From Mobula hypostoma (Eukaryota), in NCBI RefSeq assembly GCF_963921235.1, contig NC_086108.1, positions 97,776,001 to 97,840,000 of the forward strand: a stretch of 64,000 nt of DNA, read 5' to 3'. Of the stretch, positions 48,690-62,090 are shown piece after piece. How positions within the stretch are numbered: the stretch's first letter is position 1; the number at the start of each line of letters is the position of its first letter. A program made the translations under genes and the position numbers. Below the pieces are notes generated by a model that had not been told where the DNA came from, ran no database searches, and worked only from the letters and a program-made list of their open reading frames with translations.

Positions 48690-49000
48690 ATAAAACACTA
48701 CAGCACATAAACAGCCTTTTGGCCTATCAGGTCCATGCCAAACGTTTATTCTGCCTGGTTTCATAGACCCACACATTGACCTCCATACCCTTCCCATCCA
48801 TTTACGTACTTACCCAAACTTCACTTAAATGTTGCAATCAAACCTGCATCTACCACGTCTGCTGGCAGCTCATTCTACATTCTTACCACCCTCTGAGTGA
48901 AGCATCTCCTCAGTTTCCTTTAAATATTTCACCTTTCACCCTTAAACTATGACCTAACCCAACCTCAGTGGAAAAGGTCTGCTTGCATTTACCCCTCATA
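48690..49000 (-). mobile_element. CR1 3' end
   Basis: Homologous to 3105-3480. Confidence 0.75.
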
Positions 49001-49967
49001 ATTATGTCAAACTAGGCTGCTGGATTTAGGATTCAGAATTCAGTAGATAGCAGAACGTATTTGAACGTATTCTTCAGTCGCTGTCGTTTTGTGAGATCGG
49101 GAAGACTGCAGTTGGAAGTTAATACCAATAGCCTATCAAATTTCCCTTTGGGTCCTGTATACACAATAAGACGCACACTGGCATATATAAAATACGGGCC
49201 TCAACTGAATAGAATAGATCAGGTTTGGATTCATTCATTTATCACATGCACATTGAACCATACAGTGAAATGTATCCTCTGCTAAAAACCAGCACAACCT
49301 AGTAATGTGCTGTGGGCACCCACAAGAGTTACCAACATTCCCACATTCTAGCACCAATATAGCATGCCCAGGAGGTGTGGGGGGAGGGGGGATGCTCATT
49401 GAAAACCTACTGAATATTGAAAGCCCTAGGTAGAATGGACATGGAGAAGATGTTTCCAACAGTGGGAGAGCTAGGACCAGAAGGCACAGCCTCAGAATAG
49501 AAGGATATCCCTTTAGAACAGAGATGAGGAGGAACTATCCCTATGAACCTAAAAAAGCAAGCCTGAGTCATGACCTCTGTGGACATCACAACATGGCGCC
49601 ATCTTGAACTGGTCTCAGCATATGCAATAGATAGGTGCCCGTGGGCACCCACATTCCAAAAGGATTAAGATGATAGTTTGTGGATGCTATAATGAGACTG
49701 GTTTTAAAACATGGTAGCCATGAAAGATTGGTTAAAATTCCACCCAATTTCAATGTTGAAGTTTGTATTGAATACTGAAATGGAATTTGTGAATACTTTG
49801 AATGGGCTATTCAAACTATTTGTTCACTTTGAAAGTCAATGTTAACACATGACGGTTAGAATGAGATGCCATTCTACTTGTCATAACTTTGCATCTTGCC
49901 TTAATATGACTCAGATTCACTGTTTTGCCTCACACTGCTAAACAGTAAAAACTGTTATATTTTTCCA

Positions 49968-50097
49968 TTGAAGAGTCTCGGTCCAAAACACTGACTCTTT
50001 ATTCCTCTCCATAGATGCTGCCTGACCTGCTGAGTTCCTCCAGCGTTATGTGTGTGTTACTCTGGATTTCCAGCATCTGCAGAATCTCCTGTGTTTC
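49968..50097 (+). mobile_element. Penelope pLTR fragment
   Basis: atagatgctgcctgacctgctgagttcctccagc...ttccagcatctgcagaatctc. Confidence 0.8.
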
Positions 50098-50728
50098 TAT
50101 TTTCCCAAACTTAATTCTTGTTTGTCTTTTTATTGGTAAAAAGGAAATTTTATTCAAGGATGTTTATATTGAAAGTACAAATAATTTAACAGAGGTGAAA
50201 GGACCATCACATTCATATGCTTGAATTATATGAAACTTAAATTTGACACACATAACCTTATTGTACAGTATGTAACCCAATCTCTTCATGTATCAGTGAA
50301 AAGGCTTGTGCTGACTTGCTGTTGTGCACAGGACACATACAATATTCCTGTTTCTAGTTCCAAAGAGCTTTGGGTTAAAGGAGATATCTTTATGAAAGTC
50401 TCAGAAGATAAGGTTCCTGATCATAATTAATGTCATTACTAGCTCCATGTTTCTTCTGTGAGTTAGTGAAGTAGCAATGACAAGTCATCTTAAGTAACCA
50501 GTGGTGTTTCTGGGGATTGGCAGCTTGACAATACCAGAAATGGCCTTAAGACAACCATTCCAAAAAGTATTAATTAAGAACCCGGTCCATAAAATATGTA
50601 ACAGTACACATAATCCTTTTACAGCATAGATATGAACCATTGTTTGTCAAACATATCTTTTTCGAATACATAATGTTCAAAGTAGAAATTACATTAAATT
50701 GCTTATGTTATTCAAATACACTGATATA

Positions 50729-51284
50729 AACTCAGTGGCCACTATATGAGATGCCTCCTGTACCTAATAAAGCAGCCACTGAGTTTACGTCCATGGTCTT
50801 CTGCTGCCGTAGCCCATCCACTTCAAGGTTTGTTCAGAGATGTTCTTCTGCACTCCACTGTTGTAATACTATGGTTATTTGAGTGACTGTCCCCCTCCTG
50901 TCAGCTTGAACCAATCTGGCCATTCTCCTCTGACCTCTGTCATTAACAAGGTATTTTTGCCCAAAGAACTGCCCATTCGCTGGATTTTTTTTTTTTGCTT
51001 ATCGTATCATTCTCAGTAAACTCAAGAGATTGCATGAAAATTCCAGATCAGCTGTTTCTGTGAGACTCAAACCACCCCATCTGGAATCAACAATCATTCC
51101 ACTCTCAAAGTCACTTAGATCACATTTCTTCCCCATCCTGATGTTTGATCTGAACAACAACTGAACCTCTTGACCATGTCTGCATGCTTTTATGCATTGA
51201 GTTGCTGCCACATGATTGGCTGATTAGATAATTCAAATAATAGGTAGATTTACAGATGCACCTAATAAATTGGCCAACTGAGTG
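50729..51284 (-). mobile_element. Tc1-like non-autonomous DNA transposon (second copy)
   Basis: TIRs (a)actcagtggccact / tggccaactgagtg with TA flanks; MGKKCDLSDFESGMIV. Confidence 0.88.
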
Positions 51285-51504
51285 TACTTTTGGAAACTTA
51301 AATGTTTCCTTAAATTTTCGAGGGAATGCTGGTACGTATATTTGAGTATGATATTTACAGCATTGAAACAAGCCCATTATCCTCCCATATTGATGTTGAC
51401 TAAGAATCACCCACCTATACTAACCCTGCTTCCCAACACCGAGTCCAGACCTCATCATCTCAGAGAATCTATCCTGGGCCCAACATGTTGATGCACTCAT
51501 AAAC

Positions 51505-52010
51505 TCCTTTATTGGGAGTTTGGAGAGATTTGGTATGTCACCAGATTCTAGCAAATATCTACAGGTATACCGTGGAGAGCCTTCTGACTGATGGCATCAC
51601 CATCTGGTCTGGAGGTTGCAATGCACAGGATCAAAATAAGCCGCAGAGGGTTGTAAACTCAGCCTGCTCTATCAGGTGTACAGTACAACTCTCCCTACCA
51701 CCAAGGACGTCAGCAAAACACAGTGCCTCAGGAAGATGGCCTCCATCACTAAGGACCCTCGCCATCCAGGATGTGTCCTCTTCTCATTACTACCATCAGG
51801 GAGGAGGTACAGGAGCCTAAAGACCCACACTCAAAGTTTCTTCCCCTCCACATCAGATTCCTGAATGGTCCATGAATCCAGAAACACCAGCTCACTATTT
51901 TACTATCTTTATGCACTACGTATTTATTTATTTTTATATTTATTGTTGTAACCTATGTTCACTTCTATGCTGCAAAACAACAAATTTCATGTCATTTGCC
52001 TGATGCTGAT
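51505..52010 (+). mobile_element. Rex1/Babar-like LINE 3' end
   Basis: YRYTVESLLTDGITIW; KDPRHPGCVLFSLLPSGRRYRSLKT. Confidence 0.85.
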
Positions 52011-53924
52011 TTGACATGGAATTAAAAGTGATAATCAAAATACTGAGTGAATCTTGTGGACCTACGTGTCTTTATTATCCTCCCAGACAGTGACTTTCAG
52101 GTTTTCAGCATCCTTTTAGTCAAAAAAGTCTTTCTTAAATTACCTTGAGATCCCCCATTTTTTACCAAGCCTATGTTATTTCATTCTAAACATTTCCACT
52201 GAGCAGGAAATCCTCTCACTACCCACCCATCTCAATTTCGTAGACCTCATTCAGGTCAACCCTACTACAGCCCCTCTCCCCTTCCCCCTCCCCTGTATGT
52301 TTTCTGCTCCAAGGAAAACAAACCCAGCCAAAATATTCCCTCTAAGATGTTATCCAGGTGAATCTCCTCTGCACCCTCTCCAATGCGATGACATCTTTTC
52401 TATAGTGTGGTGACCAGAAGTGCACATAGTACTCCTGCTGTGGCCTAAACAACGTTCTACAGAGTGCTCCCTTACAACATTTGCCTTGGTTAATGGAGAT
52501 AGGGGTGGAAATGGCTAATACCAGAGGGAGAAATTTTAAGGTGATCAGAGGAACATTTAGGCGGGATGTCAGAGGTAGGATATTTTACACAGAGAATGGT
52601 TGGTGCAAGGGTGTTGGTAGAGGCAGGTACATTAGGGTATTTAAGAGACTCTGTCACAGGCAATGAGGGAAAGTGGGAGGAAAATGTTTGGCTGATCTTA
52701 GAGTAAGTTAAAAGTTCAGCACAACATAGTGGGCTGAAGGGCCTGTACTGTGCCGTAATATTCTATGTTTGAAGTTATCCCATATAACTTAATCTCTGCT
52801 AAGTTCAGATATCTCAGCTAAAGTCTCTCTGCACTCTAGCAGGGAGTAATAGTATGTGTCACACAAGTACAGCAAACTGGGTCTGGCCTGCGGTATTCTC
52901 CCTACAGAATGTGCATGTTCGTCATGTGACCATGGCAATCTAAGCGCTGATGGGAATGTGGAGAGAATATTTAGCAGGCTTTATGGGGAAAAGTCTGTGT
53001 GGTCTGTCATCTGGCATGAATTTGATATGCCAAATGCTGTCCTTCTCTGTCATAAGTTAGGGGTGGTGGATCATTTTCAGTGTGTATCTAAATTAGGAAT
53101 AATATTAGACCTAAAGACATAGGAACAGAATTAGGCTATTTGTCCTGTCGAGTGTGCTCTACAAAAATTCTACATAACTCTCTCTTGCCTTGGTAATTTT
53201 GAGCAATGATTCTCATTGATTAATGAATTAATAATAAGAATTATGAACTTTTTAAAGAAAATGGATGAGTCCTGTTGTTTAATTACATATATTCATAGTT
53301 TCATTGAAAACAGAGGGAGTTTGAAATAAATAAAGTATTTTAGAAAGTCTGTTCAAAAATTACTAATATTAATCTTTTGTAAAGACAATTGAAAAATAAC
53401 ATAATTTCTCAATAGTATTGTTATAGTAACTGTTTACTATCCAAATACTAAAGTGTACACTAGGTCTACAAGGATTTCAAAACATATCATCCAACGTCAC
53501 GTGCTCTCGCAAACGTCTAGCTGGCACCAAGCTAATGTTGGGCTGAACATTGTGGGCATGCTATGTTGGCGCCAGGATGTGTGGCAACACTTGTCCAGCA
53601 CATCCCGAGGTTGTGTTGGATGTTAATGCAAACAACGTATTTCACTGTACATGTGATAAATAAATGAATCTGAATCTGAAGTGGTGTGAGATGCTTCCTG
53701 TGAAAACATCCCACTGCACTCAGGTTGCAAAAAAATCATTTGCTGCTTCACTTGGTGGTAAAGATAATCGTTATGCATCTTTTTATTATGGGTGGGGTTT
53801 AAAGAATTGAGGGGTAGCACTGCACACAATGGGCCAACAAAATTTTTGCAGGTACTACCTCACCACACGTGCCTTAAGTTTGCCATTCCTGTCATAGAGA
53901 AAATATGAAACATGTGGTACACTG

Positions 53925-55052
53925 TGACAGACGATGCAGTAGCCACTGCTCTACATACCGTCCTTACACATCTCGAGAAGAAGGAAGCTTATGTGAGAAT
54001 GCTGTTTTTGGACTACAGTTCAGCATTCAACACCATAGTTCCATCCAGGCTCGACAAGAAGCTCAGAGGTCTCGGCCTTGACCCTGACTTGTGCAGCAGG
54101 ATCCTGGACTTCCTGTCAGGTCGCCAGCAGGTGGTAAGGGTGGGCTCCCTCACCGCCACCCCTCTGACTCTCAACACAGGAGCCCTTCCGGGCTGTGTAC
54201 TGAGTCCCCTCCTTTACTCCCTGTATACCCATGACTGTGTCACCACCCGCAGCTCTAATCCGCTAATTAAATTTGCCAACAACACTACATTGATTGGCCT
54301 TATCTCAAACAATACAGGGAAGAAGGCATCTCTCTGACACAGAGGTGTCAAGAAAACAACCTCTCCTTCAATGTTGCAAAAACAAAGGAGCTGGTTGTGG
54401 ATTACAGGAGGAATGGAGACGGGCTAACCTCTATTGACATCGATGGATCTGGGGTTGAGAGAGTAAACAGCTTTAAGTTTCTTGGCATCCACATCACCGA
54501 GGACCTCATGTGGTCTGTACACAGCAGCTGTGTGGTGAAAAAGGCACAACAGCACTGCTTTCACCTCAGGCGGTTGAGGAAGTTTGGTATAGACCCCCAA
54601 ATCCTAAGAACTTTCTACAGGGGCACAATTGAGAGCATCCTGACTGGCTGCACCACTGCCTGGTATGGGAACTGTACTTCCCTCAATCGCAGGACTCTGC
54701 AGAGAGTGGTGCAGACAGCCCAGTGCATCTGTAGTTGTGAACTTCCCATGATTCAGGACATTTACAAGGACAGGTGTGTAAAAAGGGCCCGTAGGATCAC
54801 TGGGGACCCAAGTCACCCCAATCACAATCTATTCCAGCTGCTACCATCCGGGAAACGGTACCGCAGCATAAAAGCCAGGACCAACAGGCTCCGGGACAGC
54901 TTCTTCCACCAGGCCATCACACTGATTAACTCACACTGATTTTAGTGTACTCTATATTACATTGACTGTTCTATTTATTATAAATTACTATGATTGCACA
55001 TTGCGCATCTAGACGGAGACCTAACATGAAAAAATAAAGTCAATTCAATTCA
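53925..55052 (+). mobile_element. Rex1/Babar-like LINE, about 1.1 kb RT and 3' end
   Basis: ORFs 53912..54337 (YVRMLFLDYSSAFNTI, GCVLSPLLYSLYTHDC, KFANNTT) and 54397..54939 (FKFLGIHI..RLRDSFFHQAI); (caatt)n tail. Confidence 0.93.
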
Positions 55053-55346
55053 GCGTGATATTTGGACCTGGGTCACATTAAAACATCAAAGTTGCATCAT
55101 ATTTCTAAAGGTGTTGAGAAGCTGAGATAGTTTGATCTTAGTCCTTGGCTTGACTTGAGACAACAGAAAGGACTTTTAATGATTAGAATTAGCTGCCTAC
55201 ATTGGACAAGAGTCATTGTCCTCCACTGTCAATAGATGAAGCACTGTGCTGAGAGATCACTAAATAACCCCAGAGAATGAAATGATGTTCTTATCTAGTG
55301 CCTTTCAAATTCTTTCGACAGCTGAAAATGTGACCAGCATCTAGAA

Positions 55347-55429
55347 CAGGGATTCACAACTTGGCATCCACAGACCCCTCAGTTAATGGTAGGGGTCCAT
55401 GGCTTTAAAAAAAAGGCCAGGAACCCCTG
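55347..55429. mobile_element. 83 bp hAT-Charlie MITE
   Basis: cagggg...cccctg TIRs; TSD atctagaa/atctagta (Charlie NTCTAGAN preference). Confidence 0.8.
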
Positions 55430-55671
55430 ATCTAGTATATTCTGGAGATATTGTGCAAGTGCTCTGTTTACATGAAGAATGCTACAAAGTTAATGTCCTT
55501 TTATCTTCATGATCAGTATCCTCAAATAAAAACTTCCCTCTGGTTTTTCAGTGCATCTCAAGCACTTCCAGAAATTTCTGTTTCCAGTTCAGACTTACGA
55601 CATCTGTAATACTTTGCTTCCATGTCGAGAATACGCAGGCAAAGACTAACTGAGCATTGCAGGGGGACCCC

Positions 55672-55686
55672 GCCAGCAGGGGGCTC
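55672..55686 (+). promoter_or_regulatory. candidate CTCF site
   Basis: gCCAGCAGGGGGCtc matches the CCASYAGRKGGC core, in a repeat-free patch. Confidence 0.4.
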
Positions 55687-56994
55687 TCTTGTGAGAGTTC
55701 CATCTCTGAGTTAGCATTGACAACATCGTCTGTGAAGGAGAGCATGGATAAGGGTTTGAGGTTCACCTACGCTCTGCGCTTGGCTCTTACAAAGGCCTTG
55801 ACTCTAGGGCAAATGAATACGCATGTCACTCTCAGAACGCCCCCAACCTGCCTACCTCTGTCTCGACCAATCTGTCCTTGGTGAAGCTGAGCTCCGTGAT
55901 TCTCTGACAACCTTTTACACTGAGTAAAGGAAAATTTAGGGGAGATGTCAGCGGTGGGTTGCCTAGAAGGCATAGCCGAGGGTGGTGGTAGAGGCTGGTA
56001 CATCAAGGATGTTTAAGAGACTCTTAAGAGAGGCACATGGATGAAAGAAATATAGAGGGTTTTGGACTGCCAGGAGGACGAGTGGGTTAAAAAGGTTGGC
56101 ACAACATTGTGGGCTGTAGGGCCCATACTGTGCTGTGCAGTTCAATGGTCTATGATCCCTTGGCTGTTTTGCTGACAGGAGGCGGGGTGTACCTGTGGGT
56201 GGGAAGCAAACAGAGGCACGGAGGTTTCCAGAATCTGCAGGTTTTCTCCTGTTAGAGAGATGGAGAAGCAACAATCAATCCCTTGGAGTAGCTCAACGTG
56301 TCAAGAAGCATCTGGGGGGTGGAATGAATTGTCAACATTTTGAGTCAAGGCCCTGCATCAGGGAGTTGTTGAAAAATATGCAGCTTTCAGAAGCAATATT
56401 GTCTTTAAAACTGGGTCAGAAATATCCGTACACAGTAACTCGATGGGCCTTGTGGCCGTATTCTGCTCCTATTGTCTTATGGTCTTAACTCCCGGATATG
56501 TTTGCAATAGAGAAAGGGGGTTGGTGAATAAAACAAATCCATCCTTGGACCTTTAGAACTTAATCTGCATGTGTGGGTTAGAAAATGAATCCATAAGTGC
56601 CCAGAGACCTTCTTTTTCTCAAGAAATCCAAAAGCCATCTATGCGTATCCTTTAGCTGTTTAAGAGTAAAGCCCTTGGCTCAAGCCCAGCGCCATTATTA
56701 CAGACATATTCACACGCATTCAGATAACCCACCATCAATATACCATCAACAGGAGCATTAGACTGTGTTGCCTGCACGAGCTCTTCCACAAGGGATCCAG
56801 TTAATGGCTGACCAGTTCGAGCTGAATAACAAGCATGGAGAGAGGATAACCTATCCTATGAATGGATGGTGCACACATGAGGCATTATTAAGTAAATGAG
56901 GAAAAGCATTATGTACTGGGGAGATGCATCTGAAAGGCTTTTAACCCTGAGAGGCAAAGAGTGCAAACCATACAACTTTCTCCTGAAAAATTTC

Positions 56995-57290
56995 CATAAG
57001 ACCATGAGAACATAAGAGATAGGAGAAGAATTCAGCCATTTGGCCCATCTAGTCTGCTCTATCATTACATTTATTATCTAGAATTCCTTTTAACCCCTAT
57101 TCTTCTGCCTTCTCCCCGTAACCTTTCTAATCAAGAACCTATCAACCTCTGCTTTAAATATACTCAATGATATGGCCTCCACAGCTATCTGTGGCATTGA
57201 GTTCCACAGTTTCACCACCTTCTGGTGAAAGAAATTCCTCCTCCTCTCTGTTCTAAAGGGATGTCCTTCTATTCTGAGGCCATGTCCTGT
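56995..57290 (-). mobile_element. CR1 3' end
   Basis: Homologous to 25700-25950; (accataag) tail. Confidence 0.8.
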
Positions 57291-57594
57291 GCCCTCCTTT
57301 TGACGTTAGAGGAGCATCTTTGTCAAAGAGGTAATTTTTGGTGATCTTACATTCTAATTGATTCTCTTCTGCTTTGCTTTTCTATTCATACTGCAGAAGA
57401 GTGCACGGGTAATTCATCCAATCATAGAATCAATCAGACATCAAGGAGATCATTTGGCCAATCAGGTCTCTACTACTCCCATGTAGATCAGTTTCTTTTG
57501 CCCTCCATTTTTTCACTTTTTCATCATAGCCTTGCAAATAATCGCCTTGTGTACCTCCCAGATTCCTTTTTGAAAACTTTGATTGACACACATC

Positions 57595-58230
57595 CTTGTT
57601 CTGTCCACTGTGAAGGGCAGGATCTCCAGATGGCTAGCCAATTCAATTGGACTCCCTGTTCCCATGGCAACATGTCAGTCTATGGCCTCCACTACTGCCA
57701 TATTGAGGCTAAAGTCAAGTTGGAGGAATAACACTTCATATTCTGTCTCAGTAACCTCCAACCTGATGGCATGAACATTGATTTCTCAAACTTTCTGTAA
57801 TTACTCTCCCCTCCCCCTACTCTCTTCCTCCATTCCCCATTCTGGTTACCCTCTCTCTCTTTTTCTTCTCCTCATCTGCCCATATCTCCCTCTGGTTCCT
57901 CTCCTCCTTCCATTTCTTCCATTGTCCACAGTCCTCTTCTATTAGACTCCTTCTTCTTTGGCACTTTACGTCTTCCTCTTATGACTTTCCAGCTTCTTAC
58001 TTCCCCCTTGCCCTCTACCTACCATCCCCTTTACCTGATCTCATCTATTATCTGCCAGCTTGTACCTCTTCCTCTCTCCCACCTTTTTATTCTGGCTTCT
58101 CTTCCCATTCCTTTCCAGTTCAGATAGGGAGCATTTATTCCTCTCCAGAGATGATGCTGCCTGACTTGCTGAGTTCCTGCTGCATTTTATGTGTGTAGCT
58201 CAAGGTTTCTAGCATCTGCAGTCTTGTGTC
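57595..58230 (+). mobile_element. old Penelope-like element 3' end (GIY-YIG C-terminus, UTR, pLTR)
   Basis: QDLQMASQFN..SHGNMSVYGLHYCH.EAKVKLEE, homologous to 22060-22250. Confidence 0.8.
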
Positions 58231-58486
58231 TATGACTGACACACACCACCACCGCTGAAGACACTAAGTCTCAGTTCATTAAAGTTCTTTCCTTCCACCC
58301 TCCATCCCACTTTGTATCAAATATGTAAATGAGTTGGGAAGAAAAAGGGCTGATCTTATTCAAACATATGAGGTTCTAATGGGGCACAACAGGGTAGATG
58401 CTGAGATGCTTCCACAAGTGGGAAAGTCACAGACTGATTTGGAGACCAGACCATTAGATATATTTAAGGTGAGATGGATAAATATT

Positions 58487-58800
58487 GGGCGGCATGATAG
58501 CCTAGCGGTTAGTGCATCGTGTTACAGCCACCGCTGATGGAGGTTCGATTCCTGCTGCTGAATGTAAGGAGTTTGTATGTTGCCCTGTGGGTTTCCTCCA
58601 GATGCTCCCAGTTTCTCCCTACAGACCAAAGATGCATGGTTAGGGTTAGTGAGTTGTGGGCATGCTATGTTAGCACTGGAAGTGTGACGTCATCTGCGGG
58701 CACAATCCTCGCTGATTTGATTTGACGCAACTGATGGACTTCACCGTATGTTTTGATGTTTCGATGTACGTGTGATAAATAAAGCTAATCTGTGCATCTT
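58487..58800 (+). mobile_element. V-SINE-like SINE
   Basis: tRNA-like head, gtgggtttcctcc core, tail gtgataaataaagctaatct. Confidence 0.75.
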
Positions 58801-59014
58801 TAAATATTTGAGAGATTGAGGAAGTGAGGATTATGCCACAGAAGAGGAATTGAGGCCAACATAGATCAGGCATGATTATATTGAATGATAGGACAAGTGA
58901 GTGGCCTACTCCTAAAGGACACATACTGAGTGCTGACAAATGAGTACAGATGCATAATTAATGAATAACATGGAAATAGAGGGACAAGGAGTCCATTTCT
59001 GAGCCATATGACTC

Positions 59015-59620
59015 CAAACACAAGGATGTAATGTTGAGGCTTTATGAAGCACTGGTGAGGCCTCACTTGGAGTATCGTGAACAGTTTTGAGCCCTTATCC
59101 AAGAAAAGATGTGGTGACATTAAAGAGGGTTCAAAGGAGGTTCACAAAAAATGATATCGGGATTGAAAGGTTTATCATATGAGAAGCGTTTGATGGCTCT
59201 GGGCTTCTGCTCACTGGAATTTAGAAGAAAGGGGGGGAAATCTCATTAAAACCTATTGAACATTGAAGGGCCTCAATAGAGTGGTTGTGGAGAAGATGCT
59301 TCCTATGGTGGGGGAGTCTAAGACCAGAGGACACAGCCTCAGAAGAGAGGGACATCTATATAAAATGGATATGAGGAGGAATTTCTTTAGCTAGAGAGTG
59401 GTGAATCTATGGAATTCGTTGCCACAGGTGGCTGTGGAGGCCAAGTCATTGGGTATATATAAGGCAGAAATTGATAGATTCTTGATTAGTCAGGTCATAA
59501 GGGGATATGGGGAGAAGGCAGGAGATTGGGGCTGAGAGGGAAAATGGATTGCCGTGTTGAAATGGTGGAGCAGACTCGATGACCCAAATGGCCTAATTCT
59601 GCTCCTGTATCTTGTGGTTT
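59015..59620 (+). mobile_element. CR1 3' fragment
   Basis: Homologous to 11241-11600 plus an upstream ALVRPHLEY-type region. Confidence 0.85.
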
Positions 59621-60095
59621 TGCAGTCTAACTTTTATTTATTTCTGCCTCCTTTAGGTTCCACTTCAGCTTTATGGGTGGAACCATCCAAGAGGCCTTGA
59701 TCAAAAAGACTTGCCCTCTTTATCTCATTTGGAAATTAATTCGAAGGATGCTTCCATCCAATAACCTGGCTTTTTCTTCTGTTCTACGATAACACAGAAA
59801 ACCTGTTTCGAACTGAAGAGATTTAGCTTTCTGTGCACCCACTGCCTATTTGGGAAGAACGTTCTAAATTTCTTTAACCCTTAGTGGTTCTTGAATTCAC
59901 AACTTTGCTGCCTTTCCATCTCAACTTCCTTTATCCAAACTCCATAAGAGATGAATGCATGAGATTGGCAAGACCTCTCCTTCACAAATAGGTAATGCCA
60001 ATTTTATGATTATATTTTCATCCACATTCTTAATGGGCTTCAAACTTGCAGGTTACTAGGCTACGAGTTGTTGTAAAAAAGCTGGAGTAACATGT

Positions 60096-60148
60096 AAACA
60101 CGAGGAAATCAACAGATGCTGGAATTTCAAGCAACACACATAAAAGTT
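60096..60148 (-). mobile_element. 53 bp Penelope terminal insertion with 15 bp TSD
   Basis: gctggagtaacatgt at 60081-60095 and 60149-60163 flanks aaacacgaggaaatc..gatgctggaatttcaagcaacacacataaaagtt. Confidence 0.8.
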
Positions 60149-60293
60149 GCTGGAGTAACATGTGTTATTTTTCTCTGGTCACAGAGTCATAGGAAAGCAG
60201 GACCTTCAGTCCAACTTGCCCATGCTAAGCAAGAATTCCATCCTCCCTGCCCATGCTTAGCCCAAATACCTCTAGAATTTTTCCTATCCATAT

Positions 60294-62090
60294 CAAGTCA
60301 AGTCAAGTCAAGTCAGGTTTATTGTCATTTCGACCATAAGCTGCTGGTACAGTACACAGTAAAATCGAAACAACGTTCCTCCAGGACCCTGGTGCTACAT
60401 GAAACAACACCAGACTAAGTGAGACAACAGAAGGCTACACTAGACGAGGTAAAACAACATAAAGATTACACTAGACTACAGACCTACACAGGACTACATA
60501 AAGTGCACAAAACAGTGCAGGGCAGTACAATAAATAATAAACAAGACAATAGGCACAGTAGAGGACATAGAAACATAGAAACATAGAAACATAGAAAATA
60601 GGTGCAGGAGTAGGCCATTCGGCCCTTCGAGCCTGCACCGCCATTTATTATGATCATGGCTGATCATCCAACTCAGAACCCAGCCTTCCCTCCATACCCC
60701 CTGACCCCTGTAGCCACAAGGGCCATATCTAACTTCCTTTTAAACATAGCTAATGAACTGGCCTCAACAGTTTGCTGTGGCAGAGAATTCCACAGATTCA
60801 CCACTCTCTGTGTGAAGAAGTTTTTCCTAATCTCGGTCCTAAAAGGCTTCCCCTCTATCCTCAAACTGTGACCCCTCGTTCTGGACTTCCCCAACATCGG
60901 GAACAATCTTCCTGCATCTAGCCTGTCCAATCCCTTTAGGATTTTATACGTTTCAATCAGATCCCCCCTCAATCTTCTAAATTCCAACGAGTACAAGCCC
61001 AATTCATCCAGTCTTTCTTCATATGAAAGTCCTGCCATCCCAGGAATCAATCTGGTGAACCTTCTTTGTACTCCCTCTATGGCAAAGATGTCTTTCCTCA
61101 GATTAGGGGACCAAAACTGCACACAATACTCCAGGTGTGGTCTCACCAAGGCCTTGTACAACTGCAGTAGTACGTCCCTGCTCCTGTACTCGAATCCTCT
61201 CGCTATAAATGCCAGCATACCATTCGCTTTTTTCACCGCCTGCTGTACCTGCCTGCCCACTTTCAATGACTGGTGTATAATGACACCCAGGTCTCATTGC
61301 ACCTCCCCTTTTCCTAATCGGCCACCATTCAGATAATAATCTGTTTTCCTATTTTTGCCACCAAAGTAGATAACTTCACATTTATCCACATTAAATTGCA
61401 TCTGCCATGAATTTGCCCACTCGCCCAACCTATCCAAGTCACCCTGCATCCTCTTAGCATCCTCCTCACTGCTAACACTGCCGCTCAGCTTCGTGTCATC
61501 CGCAAACTTGGAGATGCTGCATTTAATTCCCTTATCCAAGTCATTAATATATATTGTAAACAACTGGGGTCCCAGCACTGAGCCTTGCGGTACCCCACTA
61601 GTCACCGCCTGCCATTCTGAAAAGGTCCCGTTTATTCCCACTCTTTGCTTCCTGTCTGCTAACCAATTCTCCACCCACACCAATACCTTACCCCCAATAC
61701 CGTGTGCTTTAAGTTTGCACACTAATCTCCTGTGTGGGACCTTGTCAATTTTATATTACAATATAATAATAAATGATGTAGATGTTAGTCTAGACTCTGA
61801 GTATTTAGGAGTCTGATGGCTTGGGGGAAGAAACTGTCGCACAGTCTGGTCGCGAGAGCCCGAATACTTCGGTATCTTTTGTCAGATGGCAGGAGGGAGA
61901 AGAGTTTGTGTGAGGGGTGTGTGGGGTCCTTCACAATACTGTTAGCTTTGCGGGTGCAGCGTGTGGTGTAAACGTCTGTAACAGCGGGAAGAGAGACCCA
62001 GATGATCTTCTCAGCTGACCTCACTATCCACTGCAGGGTGTCTTGCGATCCAAGACGGTGCAATTCCTGAACCAGGCAGTGATGCAGCTG
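60294..62090 (-). mobile_element. Rex1/Babar-like LINE 3' end split by a CR1; itself inside an older CR1 (about 60180-60290 and 62090-62260)
   Basis: (caagt)n tail; KDPTHPSHKLFSLLPSDKRYRSI..SFFPQAIRLLN in ORF 61785..62171. Confidence 0.85.
60567..61746 (-). mobile_element. young CR1 LINE, 5'-truncated ORF2 with a single in-frame stop
   Basis: ORFs 61294..61722 (GVPQGSVLGP, KFADDTKL) and 60673..61266 share one frame, separated by TGA at 61294-61296; (catagaaa)4 tail. Confidence 0.95.

Noticed and set aside
55548..55767. Minus-strand ORF/exon bounded by AG and GTAAGT
   Set aside because: No polypyrimidine tract at the acceptor and no recognisable protein similarity
59657..59790. Strong acceptor tttctgcctcctttAG followed by a short reading frame
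   Set aside because: Frames hit stops without a donor and the peptides are unrecognised
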